64,000 bases of DNA, taken from the NCBI GenBank assembly GCA_900769795.1, contig CAAGHZ010000001.1:25178-89177 (forward strand), read 5' to 3'. The position numbers were made by a program, and so were the translations under genes. The stretch is from Clostridia bacterium (GTDB lineage Bacteria > Bacillota > Clostridia > Monoglobales > Monoglobaceae). Positions 8,001 to 18,819 of this stretch are shown piece after piece. Every line of letters starts with the position of its first letter. The stretch's first letter is position 1. Under the pieces are notes generated by a model, which made no database searches, was not told where the DNA came from, and saw nothing but the letters and a program-made list of their open reading frames with translations.

Positions 8001-9947
8001 ATGAAAAAAGCACTAAACAATACTTGTGTCAAAAAATTCATTGACGAGACTTCATTATATCTCTTCAACAATGGAACAAACTATGAAAGCTACCATATGC
8101 TTGGGGCGCATCCGGCAACAGACGCCCATGGGGTCTTTGGTTATCTCTTTGCCCTATGGGCACCAAATGCAGAATCCGTCTCTGTGGTCTGCGACAACAA
8201 CGGTTGGGACAGGTCCCGCAATATAATGCACAAAATATCAACCTCCGGTGTCTGGGAAGTTTTCGTTCCACATATTACAGAGGGTCAGAATTATAAATTC
8301 AGCATTGAAGATACAAATGGTAATGTGTTTTTAAAATCCGACCCATTTGCATTTTACTCAGAAGTTCGCCCTTTGACAGCATCTGTCACAACTGATTTAT
8401 CATATGGTTGGAACGACAAAGTATGGATGGACAGTCGCAAAGCGACACCTCCCTATGACAAACCCCTCAACATCTACGAAATGCACTTTGGCTCTTTCAA
8501 GACCAAGAATGACGGCAGTTTTTATACCTACACCGAGATGATAGATATTCTTATACCATACATCAAAAAACTCGGATACACCCATATTGAACTTATGCCG
8601 ATTTGCGAGTATCCCTTTGACGGCAGTTGGGGATATCAGGTGACCGGTTATTACAGCGCAAACAGCCGCTATGGTAAACCAACAGAACTCAAATCATTTA
8701 TCGACGCCTGCCATAGGGAGGGCATAGGTGTGATTATGGATTGGGTGCCTGCCCACTTTCCAAAAGATGCCCATGGGCTTGCTAACTTTGACGGCACCCC
8801 TTTATTTGAGCATCCCGACGCAAGGCGTGGTGAACATAAAGAGTGGGGCACTCTTGTTTTTGACTGGACAAAAACGGAGATTTTCTCATTTCTTATCTCC
8901 AACGCCATCTTCTGGCTCTCGGAATATCATATAGATGGTCTTCGTGTTGATGCGGTATCCAGTATGCTATATCTTGATTACAACCGCCAGGGCGGAGAGT
9001 GGCTACCCAACAAATACGGTGGCAAAGAGAATTTAGAAGCAATTGACTTTTTGCAAAAATTAAACACCGCAGTTTTCGAGAGATTCCCTAATGTTTTAAT
9101 GATTGCCGAAGAATCCACCGCCTGGAGCGGTGTTACTGCGCCTGCAGACACAGGCGGACTTGGGTTTAACTTTAAATGGAATATGGGTTGGATGCACGAT
9201 ATTCTCGATTATATGCAATGCGACCCGCTCTTCCGCAAATACAACCATAACAAACTGACTTTTTCTATGATGTACGCTTCTTCAGAAAATTATATCCTTG
9301 CCCTGTCTCACGACGAGGTTGTTCACGGGAAACGCTCGCTTCTTGACAAAATGTGGGGCAGTTACGAAGAAAAGTTTGCTCAGCTTCGGCTTTTGTATGC
9401 ATATATGTACGCACACCCGGGCAAAAAACTTCTGTTTATGGGCAGCGAATTCGGGCAATTTACCGAATGGCGATTTGCCGAAGAACTTGATTGGCTCCTC
9501 GACGATTACGATCTGCACTCGAAAATGCGGGCATATTGTTCTACTCTTAATAAATTCTACAAGGACCATAGTTCATTTTATGAAATCGAGCGCGAAGGCG
9601 AAGACTGGCGTGGCTTTAAGTGGCTTTGTGCAGACGATTTCTCAAACAGCGTGCTGTCTTTTATGCGCGCCAACAAAAAAGGCGACGAGAAAATTGTCGT
9701 TATAATAAACTTTACTCCTGTAAGTCGGCCTAACTACGTTGTGGGGGTTCCGGAATATGGAGAATTTGAGGTTGTAATGTCCTCCAACGCAAAGTCTTTT
9801 GGCGGAGATGGCAGAGGCTCTCGCAAACTTAGCGCAAAACTCAAACCACACAATGATTTTAATTATTCAATCAGACTAAACCTCCCTCCACTTACGGCTT
9901 TATATTTAAAATTTAAACCACTTTCTGAAAAACCAAAGCAAAGCTGA
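8001..9947 (+). CDS. glgB: 1,4-alpha-glucan branching enzyme (GH13)
   Basis: Motifs DWVPAHFPKD, GLRVDAVSSM and MIAEESTAW. The ATG at 8001 is preceded by GGGGGGG and is preferred over the track start at 7941. Confidence 0.95.
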   Translation: MKKALNNTCVKKFIDETSLYLFNNGTNYESYHMLGAHPATDAHGVFGYLFALWAPNAESVSVVCDNNGWDRSRNIMHKISTSGVWEVFVPHITEGQNYKFSIEDTNGNVFLKSDPFAFYSEVRPLTASVTTDLSYGWNDKVWMDSRKATPPYDKPLNIYEMHFGSFKTKNDGSFYTYTEMIDILIPYIKKLGYTHIELMPICEYPFDGSWGYQVTGYYSANSRYGKPTELKSFIDACHREGIGVIMDWVPAHFPKDAHGLANFDGTPLFEHPDARRGEHKEWGTLVFDWTKTEIFSFLISNAIFWLSEYHIDGLRVDAVSSMLYLDYNRQGGEWLPNKYGGKENLEAIDFLQKLNTAVFERFPNVLMIAEESTAWSGVTAPADTGGLGFNFKWNMGWMHDILDYMQCDPLFRKYNHNKLTFSMMYASSENYILALSHDEVVHGKRSLLDKMWGSYEEKFAQLRLLYAYMYAHPGKKLLFMGSEFGQFTEWRFAEELDWLLDDYDLHSKMRAYCSTLNKFYKDHSSFYEIEREGEDWRGFKWLCADDFSNSVLSFMRANKKGDEKIVVIINFTPVSRPNYVVGVPEYGEFEVVMSSNAKSFGGDGRGSRKLSAKLKPHNDFNYSIRLNLPPLTALYLKFKPLSEKPKQS

Positions 9948-10038
9948 AAAATATATGACATTGTACAAAAACTTTTGTTGGTGCTCGCAAACAAAAGACG
10001 TGTAATAATCAGTGAGCAGAAAGGTCAAAAACAATATT

Positions 10039-11262
10039 ATGAAATCAAAAGAATGTGTAGCTATGATTCTTGCCGGCGGTCAGGGCAGCCGACTTGGTAT
10101 TCTGACACGAAACGTTGCAAAACCCGCAGTTCCTTTTGGCGGAAAGTATAGAATCATTGATTTTCCCCTGAGCAACTGTACTCATTCAGGAATTGACACC
10201 GTCGGAGTTTTAACCCAGTATCAACCTCTCGAGCTTAATACCTACATTGCAAGCGGACAATCCTGGGATCTTGACCGTTCAAATGGTGGCGTCTATGTTC
10301 TGCCCCCATATACTTCAGCAGACAAAGGTGAGTGGTACAAAGGCACTGCCAACGCAATATATCAGAATTTAAGCTTTATATCACAGTTTAACCCCAAATA
10401 TGTAATTATTCTCTCAGGCGACCACATATATAAAATGGATTACAACAAAATGGTTCGTCAACACAAAAATTCGGGCGCTGATGCAACCATTGCAGTTATT
10501 GAAGTTCCATGGGACGAGGCATCTCGCTTTGGAATAATGAATACCGACGCTGATTCTAACATTATAGAATTTGAGGAAAAGCCCCAAACCCCCAAAAGCA
10601 ATCTGGCATCAATGGGTGTATACTGCTTTAGCTGGGATGTTCTTCGCAAATTTTTGACAGAAGACGAAAACGACCCTGAGTCCGACAATGATTTTGGCAA
10701 GAATATTATTCCGAAAATGCTCGAATCGGGTTTAAAACTTGTTGCACACAGATTTAATGGTTATTGGAAGGATGTTGGTACAATCCAAAGTCTGTGGGAA
10801 GCGAATATGGAACTCCTCGACGACAACGAGGGGCTGACCCTTGAAGATGACGGATGGAGGATATACAGTAAAGCGCCTAACAAACCACCTCACTATGTGT
10901 CATCAGACGCCAGTCTTCGCAACTGTTATATAACCGAGGGTTGTGAGATTTACGGAGAGATAAACCACTCGGTTGTTTTTGAAGGGGTAACCGTCGAAGA
11001 AGGGGCAAAGATAGAAGACTCTATCATCTTTCCCGGAGCGGTTATCAAAAAAGGTGCCGCCGTATACAAAGCCCTTATTGGCTCAGGATCAATAATTGGC
11101 AGTGATGCCCGCATCGGTTCTGACGACAAAAGCGCAAACAACGATTGGGTTAACAAAAAAATCTGTTCTGACAACATCTCCCTTATTGCCCCCGAGGTTA
11201 AAATCGGCGACGGCATAAGGGTAGCACAAAACTCTATGGTTGTTGAAAATATTATAAAATAG
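10039..11262 (+). CDS. glgC: Glucose-1-phosphate adenylyltransferase, catalytic subunit
   Basis: Motifs [14 protein letters not shown] and [19 protein letters not shown]. The start could be the ATG at 10039 or the GTG at 10012. Confidence 0.95.
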   Translation: MKSKECVAMILAGGQGSRLGILTRNVAKPAVPFGGKYRIIDFPLSNCTHSGIDTVGVLTQYQPLELNTYIASGQSWDLDRSNGGVYVLPPYTSADKGEWYKGTANAIYQNLSFISQFNPKYVIILSGDHIYKMDYNKMVRQHKNSGADATIAVIEVPWDEASRFGIMNTDADSNIIEFEEKPQTPKSNLASMGVYCFSWDVLRKFLTEDENDPESDNDFGKNIIPKMLESGLKLVAHRFNGYWKDVGTIQSLWEANMELLDDNEGLTLEDDGWRIYSKAPNKPPHYVSSDASLRNCYITEGCEIYGEINHSVVFEGVTVEEGAKIEDSIIFPGAVIKKGAAVYKALIGSGSIIGSDARIGSDDKSANNDWVNKKICSDNISLIAPEVKIGDGIRVAQNSMVVENIIK

Positions 11263-11295
11263 TGCTCGTCATCATCGCAGAAAGGATACAAGGAC

Positions 11296-12423
11296 ATGAA
11301 AAACGATTTAATGGGTCTTATCTTTGCAGAAAACCCCGAGGCCGCCATGGGAGAACTGACAAGCGTTCGTGCTCTTGCGGCTATTCCGTTTGGAGGCAGA
11401 TACAGAATCATAGATTTTATACTTTCAAACATGGTCAATTCTTCAATAATAAACGTTGGTATCACCACGCCTTATAACTATCGTTCTCTGTCTGACCACC
11501 TGGGCACGGGAAAAGATTGGGATCTTGACAGAAAAGGTAACGGACTTTTTATTCTCCCGCCGAGAGAACCGGGCGATATTTCGGACATTAAAAGCGGGAT
11601 TGATATTATACACGATATTTCTTACTTTCTAAGCAAAAGCCGCAAGGACTATGTCTTGGTTACAAACTGCAACACTATCTGTAATATAAATTATTCTGAG
11701 GTCTTAAAGTTTCATTTAGAGCACGAGGCAGATATTACCCTGATATATAACGAGGTAGGTACCCTGAGTTCAAAAGAATTGACTACAAGAATTCTCCTCG
11801 ATGTAGACAGGGATGAAACAGTCAGGGATATTCAGGTATACCCAATACAACAAAGCTCCAATTTTTCTTATATGCATATGTTCATAATAAGAAAGGAACT
11901 GCTTTTAAAACTTGTCGGCGATGCAGTTGCACACAACAAGCACTATATATCAAAAGACTTGCTTCTGCCCGCTCTTGATCGTTTTAAGGTATATGGGTAT
12001 AAGCACGAAGGATACACAAGACAGATTGACAATGTCAAATCATTCTTCTCGGCAAATCTTGAACTTTTAAACAAAAACATTCGCGATGACCTTTTTGGCC
12101 AAAAATCTGATATGCCCATATACACAAAGATTAAGGACTCAGTCCCCACAAGATATTGTCATAGCGCAGATGTCAGCAACTCTATAGTTGCTGATGGTTG
12201 TGTAATTGAAGGCACCGTAAGAAACAGCATTCTCTTCCGAGGGGTTCATATAGGCAAGGGTGCAACAGTTGAAAACAGCATCATAATGCAAAAATCCAAC
12301 ATTATGGACAATTGTCTGATTCAAAATGTAATTTTTGACAAAGAGGTTGTTTTGCGCAGCGGCAAAAAACTTGTAGGTCAGGACACTTATCCTATGGTCA
12401 TCGGCAAGAAAGCCATTATATAA
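11296..12423 (+). CDS. glgD: Glucose-1-phosphate adenylyltransferase, GlgD regulatory subunit
   Basis: 375 aa GlgC paralog (AIPFGGRYRIIDFILSNMVNS) that lacks the GGxGxRL loop. It occupies the Firmicute glgC-glgD position. Confidence 0.9.
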   Translation: MKNDLMGLIFAENPEAAMGELTSVRALAAIPFGGRYRIIDFILSNMVNSSIINVGITTPYNYRSLSDHLGTGKDWDLDRKGNGLFILPPREPGDISDIKSGIDIIHDISYFLSKSRKDYVLVTNCNTICNINYSEVLKFHLEHEADITLIYNEVGTLSSKELTTRILLDVDRDETVRDIQVYPIQQSSNFSYMHMFIIRKELLLKLVGDAVAHNKHYISKDLLLPALDRFKVYGYKHEGYTRQIDNVKSFFSANLELLNKNIRDDLFGQKSDMPIYTKIKDSVPTRYCHSADVSNSIVADGCVIEGTVRNSILFRGVHIGKGATVENSIIMQKSNIMDNCLIQNVIFDKEVVLRSGKKLVGQDTYPMVIGKKAII

Positions 12424-12459
12424 AACCACTTACAGACTTTACAAGAAAGGATGTGTAAT

Positions 12460-13893
12460 ATGAGCAAAATATTGATGTGTTCCTCCGAGGTTGCTCCCTT
12501 TGCAAAAACAGGAGGGCTTGGCGATGTCCTTGGCGCCTTGCCTCAGGCACTTCTTGACCGTGGTCACGATATCAGAGTAATTATGCCTAAATATGGGTGT
12601 ATCCCCGATGAGTTCCGTGATAAAATGGAATTTCTCTTCTTCACATATGTGCCTCTCGGCTGGCGCAGAAAATACTGTGGCATCTTTAAACTTGAGCAAG
12701 GCGGCATCACCTACTACTTTGTAGACAATGAATATTACTTTAGTGACCCATATCTTTATATGTGGAACGATCTTGAAAGGTTTGCTTTTTATGACAAGGC
12801 TTGTCTTGAGGTTATCAAAATTCTTGACTTTAAGCCCGACATAATCCATTGCCACGACTGGCAGGCAGGAATGATACCTGTGCTGCTCAACGCATACTAT
12901 GTAAACGACAAATTCTATCGCGGCATAAAAACTGTGTTCACTATTCACAACCTCAGATATCAGGGTATATACTCAACAGATGCCGTGGCCGACTTTTACT
13001 CTCTCGGTCCTGATTTTTTTACAGACGACAAACTTGAGTTCTATGGGTGTGCTAACCTCCTAAAGGGCGGCATTGTGTACTCTGACTATATTACTACAGT
13101 CAGTCCTACCTATGCAAATGAAATTAAAACACCGCTCGGCGGCGAAAAATTGGACGGGCTTTTACTCGCACGTTCAAATTCTCTGTCGGGAATAATCAAT
13201 GGCATAGACTACTCCGTGTACAACCCACAGACAGACCCGTATCTTTACGAGAACTTCACATCGCTATCTGTTGAAGACGGAAAAAAATTAAATAAAATAA
13301 AACTGCAAGAACAATTAGGTCTGCCTGTTGACGGCAAAAAAGCAATGGTTGCCATCATATCAAGGCTTGTTGATCAAAAAGGTTTTGATTTAATTGCCAA
13401 GGCTATGGGTGACCTGATACAACTTGATATTCAACTTGTTATCATCGGCACGGGTGAGGCAAAATACGAGGAAATGCTCCGCCATGCCGCATGGTGCAAT
13501 CCCACAAAGGTTTCGGCAAACATTATGTTCTCAAATGATTTGGCTCATAAACTGTATGCGGCGGCAGATTTGTTCCTTATGCCGTCGCTCTATGAGCCTT
13601 GCGGTCTGAGTCAGCTTATATCCTTCTCCTACGGCACAATCCCTATAGTGCGCGAGACGGGCGGCCTTATAGACACTGTCGTTCCCTATAACAAGTATAC
13701 GGGGGAGGGTAACGGTTTCAGCTTTGCTCCATACGATTTCCATGATATGATGTACACTCTCCGCATGGCGCTTGAACATTTTGGAGATAAAGAAACGTGG
13801 AACAATCTTGTTAAGACCGCAATGAAACAAAAGTTTTCCTGGGATAAATCTGCCACAGAATACGAAAGCATCTATAATTCCCTGACGGGGTAG
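12460..13893 (+). CDS. glgA: Glycogen synthase (ADP-glucose type, GT5)
   Basis: N-terminal EVAPFAKTGGLGDV. The ATG at 12460 follows GAAAGGA. Confidence 0.95.
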   Translation: MSKILMCSSEVAPFAKTGGLGDVLGALPQALLDRGHDIRVIMPKYGCIPDEFRDKMEFLFFTYVPLGWRRKYCGIFKLEQGGITYYFVDNEYYFSDPYLYMWNDLERFAFYDKACLEVIKILDFKPDIIHCHDWQAGMIPVLLNAYYVNDKFYRGIKTVFTIHNLRYQGIYSTDAVADFYSLGPDFFTDDKLEFYGCANLLKGGIVYSDYITTVSPTYANEIKTPLGGEKLDGLLLARSNSLSGIINGIDYSVYNPQTDPYLYENFTSLSVEDGKKLNKIKLQEQLGLPVDGKKAMVAIISRLVDQKGFDLIAKAMGDLIQLDIQLVIIGTGEAKYEEMLRHAAWCNPTKVSANIMFSNDLAHKLYAAADLFLMPSLYEPCGLSQLISFSYGTIPIVRETGGLIDTVVPYNKYTGEGNGFSFAPYDFHDMMYTLRMALEHFGDKETWNNLVKTAMKQKFSWDKSATEYESIYNSLTG

Positions 13894-13904
13894 ACTATTC
13901 ACAA

Positions 13905-13941
13905 AAATACAGATACACGCCTTGCTGCATCTGTATTTTTA
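13905..13941 (+). terminator. Intrinsic terminator after glgA
   Basis: A 10-bp stem (AAATACAGAT/ATCTGTATTT) with a 14-nt loop, running into TTTTTAT. Confidence 0.6.
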
Positions 13942-14013
13942 TGTCTATTATGTCTGTCCTCTCATTTATATTTATGTAACTGCCGTCAATTTAACCAAAA
14001 ATCAAAAAAACAC

Positions 14014-14042
14014 TTGAAAAAATGTGCAAAATGAGGTAATAT
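14014..14042 (+). promoter_or_regulatory. Candidate promoter for glgP
   Basis: TTGAAA, a 17-nt spacer, then TAATAT. Confidence 0.35.
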
Positions 14043-14113
14043 TATAAAGATGCGTATTTGATTATGCCTTACCTCTAAAGATGCACAGTTAAACACCACA
14101 TTTTAGGAAAGGT

Positions 14114-16579
14114 ATGGTATATTCAATGAAAAAGATTGCATCAAACTCTTCCGAATACGAAAAGCGTAAAGAGTTTATAAAAAACGAAATTGTCGGCAAA
14201 GTTCGCAGATGCTTTGGCAAAACTGTTGAACAAGCCACTACAAAAGAAATATACAACGCTGTTTCGTTCACCATTCGTGACGAAATTATGGAAAAATGGA
14301 TAGCCTACAAAGAACAAGCTGACAAGAAGCCTCAGAAAGAGCTTTATTATCTTTCTTTCGAATTTTTAATGGGTCGTGCCATGGGCAACAACCTTATGAA
14401 CATTGCAGAAACAGAGCTCTATCGCGATGCACTGTCAGATCTTAACATCTCTCTTGACGATATTGAAGAACAAGAGAACGATGCAGGTCTCGGCAATGGT
14501 GGTCTTGGAAGACTTGCGGCATGTTTTCTTGACTCTCTTACAAATTTAGAGTTTCCTGCCTTCGGCTGCGGAATCCGCTATGAATACGGTCTCTTCCGCC
14601 AGAAGATTGTTGACGGATACCAGATAGAGATGCCCGACCCCTGGCTTCAGGGCGGCAACGTATGGGATATCGCAAGACCCGAGGATACAAAAGAAATTCA
14701 CTTCGGCGGCAAGATTGAAGAATATTTCGAATATGGCAAAATAAAATTCCGTCATATTGACTACAACACAGTTTTAGCAGAGCCATTTGATATGCCAATT
14801 ACAGGCTTTAACAGCAAAACGATAAACACCCTCCGTCTTTGGAAGGCACAGTCCCCCGAGATAATTGATATGAGCAAGTTTAACCGCGGCGATTATGCCA
14901 AGGCAAGCGAAAACAAAGAGCTTGCTGAGGTTATCTCAAAGGTGCTCTATCCTGAGGATAATCACTATGAAGGAAAATTGCTTCGTCTGAAGCAACAGTA
15001 CTTCTTTGTCTCTGCGACAATCCAATGGATTCTTGACAAACACAAGAAAAAGAATCTGACCATGCAGCAGATACCTGACTATATTCAAATTCATATCAAT
15101 GATACTCATCCAACCATCGCAATCCCCGAGTTTATGCGTATCCTTATGGATGAAGAGGGTCTTGGTTGGGACGAAGCATGGGATATTGTAGGCAAAACCT
15201 TTGCCTACACCAACCACACAATTCTCTGCGAGGCCCTTGAAAAATGGCCTATGGCCATGGTTGATGCTCTTCTGCCAAGACTTGGGCAGATTATTCACGA
15301 GATTGACCGCCGCCAGAGAGAATACCTGTGGGAGCGTTTCCCCGGGGACTTTGGCAAAGTTGAATATATGGCAGTTATCGCACACGGTCAAGTCAGCATG
15401 GCAAACCTCTGCCTCACCGCTTGCCACAGTGTAAACGGCGTTGCGGCGCTTCACACAGAAATATTAAAGCAAGAAACTTTCAAGGATTACTACAGTATTT
15501 ACCCGTATAAGTTCAAGAATATGACCAACGGAGTTACCTTCCGCAGATGGTTATACAAGGCAAATCCGAAACTATCGCACCTCATCAGCGAATCCATTGG
15601 CGACGACTGGATAAAGGATTATCGTCAGCTTGATAAATTGACACCTTTTGCAGATGACAGCGCCTTTTGCGAGAAGTTTGCAAAAATCAAGCACGAAAAC
15701 AAAGAAAGACTTGCCAAATATATTCAAGACACAAGTGGCATCGTCGTAAACCCCGATTCTCTATTTGATGTGCAAATTAAGAGACTTCACGAGTACAAGA
15801 GACAACTTCTCAAGGCCATGCATATTATTTACAGATATCAGAAAATTACCGACGGTGATGCTTCGGCAAATCTTCAGCCCACCACCTTTATCTTTGGTGC
15901 AAAGGCAGCACCGGGCTACCACATGGCAAAACTTATTATCAAGTTCATCAATGATGTGGCGCAGGTTGTAAATAATGACCCGAGAACAAAAGACATAATG
16001 AAGGTTGTCTTTATGGAAAACTACAGCGTTTCAAGCGCAGAGCGTATAGTTGCCGCCGCAAACCTGAGCGAACAGATTTCAACTGCATCAAAAGAAGCAT
16101 CAGGCACAGGCAATATGAAACTTATGCTAAACGGTGCACTGACAATCGGCACAATGGATGGTGCAAACATAGAGATTCGCCAGCAGGTAGGCGACGATAA
16201 TATGTTTATCTTCGGTCTTTCTTCTCAGGAGGTTTTAAACATCTACGCAAGCGGCAAATCACCAAGTTCTGAGATATATGCCACCAACCCCGTAATCAAG
16301 AGAGTTATTGATACCATGATTGACGGCACCCTTAACAATGACAATATCTACTATGATTTATATAAGTCACTTGTTATAGGCAATGGCGGATTTGCAGACA
16401 ACTATTTGTTACTTGCAGACTTTGAATCATATCTGCGTGCAAATGCGGCAGTAAATGAGAAGTACCTTGACCAAGAAGCATGGAACCGCTCTGCGGTTAT
16501 CAACACCGCAAAGGCAGGATTTTTCTCAAGCGACAGAACTATTGAGGATTATAACAGAGAGATTTGGCACCTTAGATAA
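14114..16579 (+). CDS. glgP: Glycogen/maltodextrin phosphorylase (GT35)
   Basis: 821 aa. PLP-site motif EASGTGNMKLMLNGALTIGTMDGANIE. The start could be the ATG at 14114 or at 14126; neither has ideal spacing from AGGAAAGG. Confidence 0.95.
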   Translation: MVYSMKKIASNSSEYEKRKEFIKNEIVGKVRRCFGKTVEQATTKEIYNAVSFTIRDEIMEKWIAYKEQADKKPQKELYYLSFEFLMGRAMGNNLMNIAETELYRDALSDLNISLDDIEEQENDAGLGNGGLGRLAACFLDSLTNLEFPAFGCGIRYEYGLFRQKIVDGYQIEMPDPWLQGGNVWDIARPEDTKEIHFGGKIEEYFEYGKIKFRHIDYNTVLAEPFDMPITGFNSKTINTLRLWKAQSPEIIDMSKFNRGDYAKASENKELAEVISKVLYPEDNHYEGKLLRLKQQYFFVSATIQWILDKHKKKNLTMQQIPDYIQIHINDTHPTIAIPEFMRILMDEEGLGWDEAWDIVGKTFAYTNHTILCEALEKWPMAMVDALLPRLGQIIHEIDRRQREYLWERFPGDFGKVEYMAVIAHGQVSMANLCLTACHSVNGVAALHTEILKQETFKDYYSIYPYKFKNMTNGVTFRRWLYKANPKLSHLISESIGDDWIKDYRQLDKLTPFADDSAFCEKFAKIKHENKERLAKYIQDTSGIVVNPDSLFDVQIKRLHEYKRQLLKAMHIIYRYQKITDGDASANLQPTTFIFGAKAAPGYHMAKLIIKFINDVAQVVNNDPRTKDIMKVVFMENYSVSSAERIVAAANLSEQISTASKEASGTGNMKLMLNGALTIGTMDGANIEIRQQVGDDNMFIFGLSSQEVLNIYASGKSPSSEIYATNPVIKRVIDTMIDGTLNNDNIYYDLYKSLVIGNGGFADNYLLLADFESYLRANAAVNEKYLDQEAWNRSAVINTAKAGFFSSDRTIEDYNREIWHLR

Positions 16580-16785
16580 ACGCTAAAAAATTCAGCAATC
16601 TTTGTTCTCCGCTTCGCCTTTTTGAATCGAATTTGGCCACATTACCGCAGGGGATGGCTAGGATTTGGGCACAGCACATTGTTCAAAGGCAAATTTGATT
16701 TGGCAATTGCCTTATCATACACCCCAACACAAAAGAAAAAATAAAATTATTATTATAAAACACAAAAGTGAAAGGATGTTTTAAA

Positions 16786-17649
16786 ATGAAGAAGTTAGTA
16801 GCATTGTTATTAGTTACAGTATTGGCGCTCAGTTTGGTTGCCTGCGGTCAGCAGACACCTGCCACAGATGCGGCAAGCGATTGGGAGTACATCAAAGATA
16901 AGGGTGTTCTTACAGTTGGCGTAACCAACTATCCGCCAATGAACTACCTTGATGACAACGGCGAGTGGACCGGTTTTGACACAGAGTTTGCTCAGGCAGT
17001 AGGCGAAAGCCTCGGCGTTGATGTAGAGTTCGTTGAAATCAGCTGGGAAGCAAAAGAGACCGAGCTTGCATCAAAGAACATTGACGTTCTCTGGAACGGT
17101 ATGTGCATAACCGAAGACAGAAAAGAAATGTGGGAAGTTACAAAGCCTTATATGTACAACACACAGGCTATGGTTATGAAGGCTGACAAAGCTGAAGAAA
17201 TCATGGCTGATGTTACAGGCAAAAAGGTTGTTGCAGAAGCAGGTTCTACAGGTGAAGAAAAGATTACAGGCGCAATTGATGACACAAACGACGCAACAGT
17301 AGAAGTTATGGCAAAGGATTACTTTGCAAACTGTGACTACACAGGTGTTGAATCAATGGCAACCGCTCTCATGGATGTACAGAACGGCGTAGCTGATATC
17401 GCAGTTGTTGACTCTGTAATCGCACAGGGCATGGTAGGTGGCGAAGGTTCTACTCTCACTGACCTTGTAATAAACACCGATAACAAATTCGGTGCACAGT
17501 ACTTTGGTATCGCATTCAGAAAGGGCAGTGACGCATGCGAAATGGTAAACAATGCGATTGCTGAACTTACAGAGAGCGGAAAGCTCAACGAAATTGCTGA
17601 AAAGTATGGTCTTACAGACGGCATTGCTGCTGCAAAGGACGCTCAGTAA
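16786..17649 (+). CDS. Polar amino-acid ABC transporter substrate-binding lipoprotein (SBP family 3)
   Basis: Lipobox LSLVAC/G after MKKLVALLLVTVLA. The ATG at 16786 follows AAAGGA. The body is typical of HisJ/GlnH-like binding proteins. Confidence 0.9.
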   Translation: MKKLVALLLVTVLALSLVACGQQTPATDAASDWEYIKDKGVLTVGVTNYPPMNYLDDNGEWTGFDTEFAQAVGESLGVDVEFVEISWEAKETELASKNIDVLWNGMCITEDRKEMWEVTKPYMYNTQAMVMKADKAEEIMADVTGKKVVAEAGSTGEEKITGAIDDTNDATVEVMAKDYFANCDYTGVESMATALMDVQNGVADIAVVDSVIAQGMVGGEGSTLTDLVINTDNKFGAQYFGIAFRKGSDACEMVNNAIAELTESGKLNEIAEKYGLTDGIAAAKDAQ

Positions 17650-17662
17650 TTTATAAATATTA

Positions 17663-17702
17663 TTTTACAAAGGTTTCCGCAGCCGCGGAAACCTTTGTAA
17701 AA
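17663..17702 (+). other. Perfect 18-bp stem-loop between the SBP gene and the next gene
   Basis: TTTTACAAAGGTTTCCGC, loop AGCC, then GCGGAAACCTTTGTAAAA. No U-tract follows on the plus strand, so it reads as an attenuating or stabilising hairpin rather than a clean terminator. Confidence 0.8.
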
Positions 17703-17742
17703 TAACCGGATCTTTATTGGTTATCGAGAGGTTTGTATACAT

Positions 17743-18819
17743 ATGAAACAGTGTTATTTTACGGATTACACAATAGGAAGAGATGCATACGAAAATATAA
17801 AAGACGTATGTTCCCCTCTTGGCAAAAGGGCATTGATTGTAGGTGGCGAAACAGCGCTGTCTAAATCAATTGACAAGTTAAGGGCAGCTATGCGCGACTT
17901 CGAAATCGTCGACGTTGTTGTCTACGGCAAGGAATGTACCCGAAAACGCGTAGAGGAATTATATAACATCTACAAATCAAACGCCATAGACTTTGTTGTA
18001 GGAGTTGGCGGCGGCAAAGCCATAGACACATCGAAGTGCCTCTCTGATTTGCTTGGAGTTATGATTGTTACCATCCCTACACTTGCATCCACCTGTGCCG
18101 CTTCATCAGCACTTGCAGTCACATATACCGAGAACCACGCCTATGACGGATTCTGGTACTTTAAGTCACCTGCATATCATACCTTTATTGATACCGATAT
18201 AATAATTAATACCCCAATAGAGTATTTCAGGGCAGGGATGGGAGACACCCTTGCAAAATATTATGAGGTAGAATTTTCTGCCAGGGGAAAAGAAAAAACC
18301 TTCGAAGACGAAATGGGCTTATCAATCAGCCGAATGTGCAGTGCACCATTGCTCGAATCGGCAGCGGGCGCTCTTGAAGATTTTAAAAACGGCTGCATAA
18401 CCGATAGGTTTGAACAGGCAGTTCTTATAATTCTTGTCAGCACAGGAATGGTCAGCATGCTTATAAATCATGATTTCAACGGGGCCGTTGCCCACGCTTT
18501 GTTTTATGGGCTGACCGAAATTGAAGGCTTTGAAGAAAGATTTCGACATGGAGATGTTATAGGTTATACAACTGCCGTTCAGTTAATGCTTGACGGACAG
18601 GATGATGAAGCAATAAAAATCGGAAACCTGATTAAACAGCTTGGGGTAGAAGCAACCCTTAGCGAACGTGGAATGCCCGTTGACTTTGAATATCTCTTAC
18701 CCGTTTTAAGGGCAACACTTAAGGATCCTGATATGAACGTTGTCCCCTATGAGATAACCGAAAAAATGATATTTGATGCAATAGTAAAGATGGAAGTTGC
18801 GTTTGGAGGAAAAGCATAA
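17743..18819 (+). CDS. Iron-containing alcohol dehydrogenase family protein, glycerol-dehydrogenase-like
   Basis: 358 aa. Motifs VGVGGGKAIDTSK and GMGDTLAKYYE, with His ligand candidates in AVAHAL and FRHGDVIGY. Its TAA overlaps the permease ATG (TAATG at 18817-18821). Confidence 0.8.
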   Translation: MKQCYFTDYTIGRDAYENIKDVCSPLGKRALIVGGETALSKSIDKLRAAMRDFEIVDVVVYGKECTRKRVEELYNIYKSNAIDFVVGVGGGKAIDTSKCLSDLLGVMIVTIPTLASTCAASSALAVTYTENHAYDGFWYFKSPAYHTFIDTDIIINTPIEYFRAGMGDTLAKYYEVEFSARGKEKTFEDEMGLSISRMCSAPLLESAAGALEDFKNGCITDRFEQAVLIILVSTGMVSMLINHDFNGAVAHALFYGLTEIEGFEERFRHGDVIGYTTAVQLMLDGQDDEAIKIGNLIKQLGVEATLSERGMPVDFEYLLPVLRATLKDPDMNVVPYEITEKMIFDAIVKMEVAFGGKA

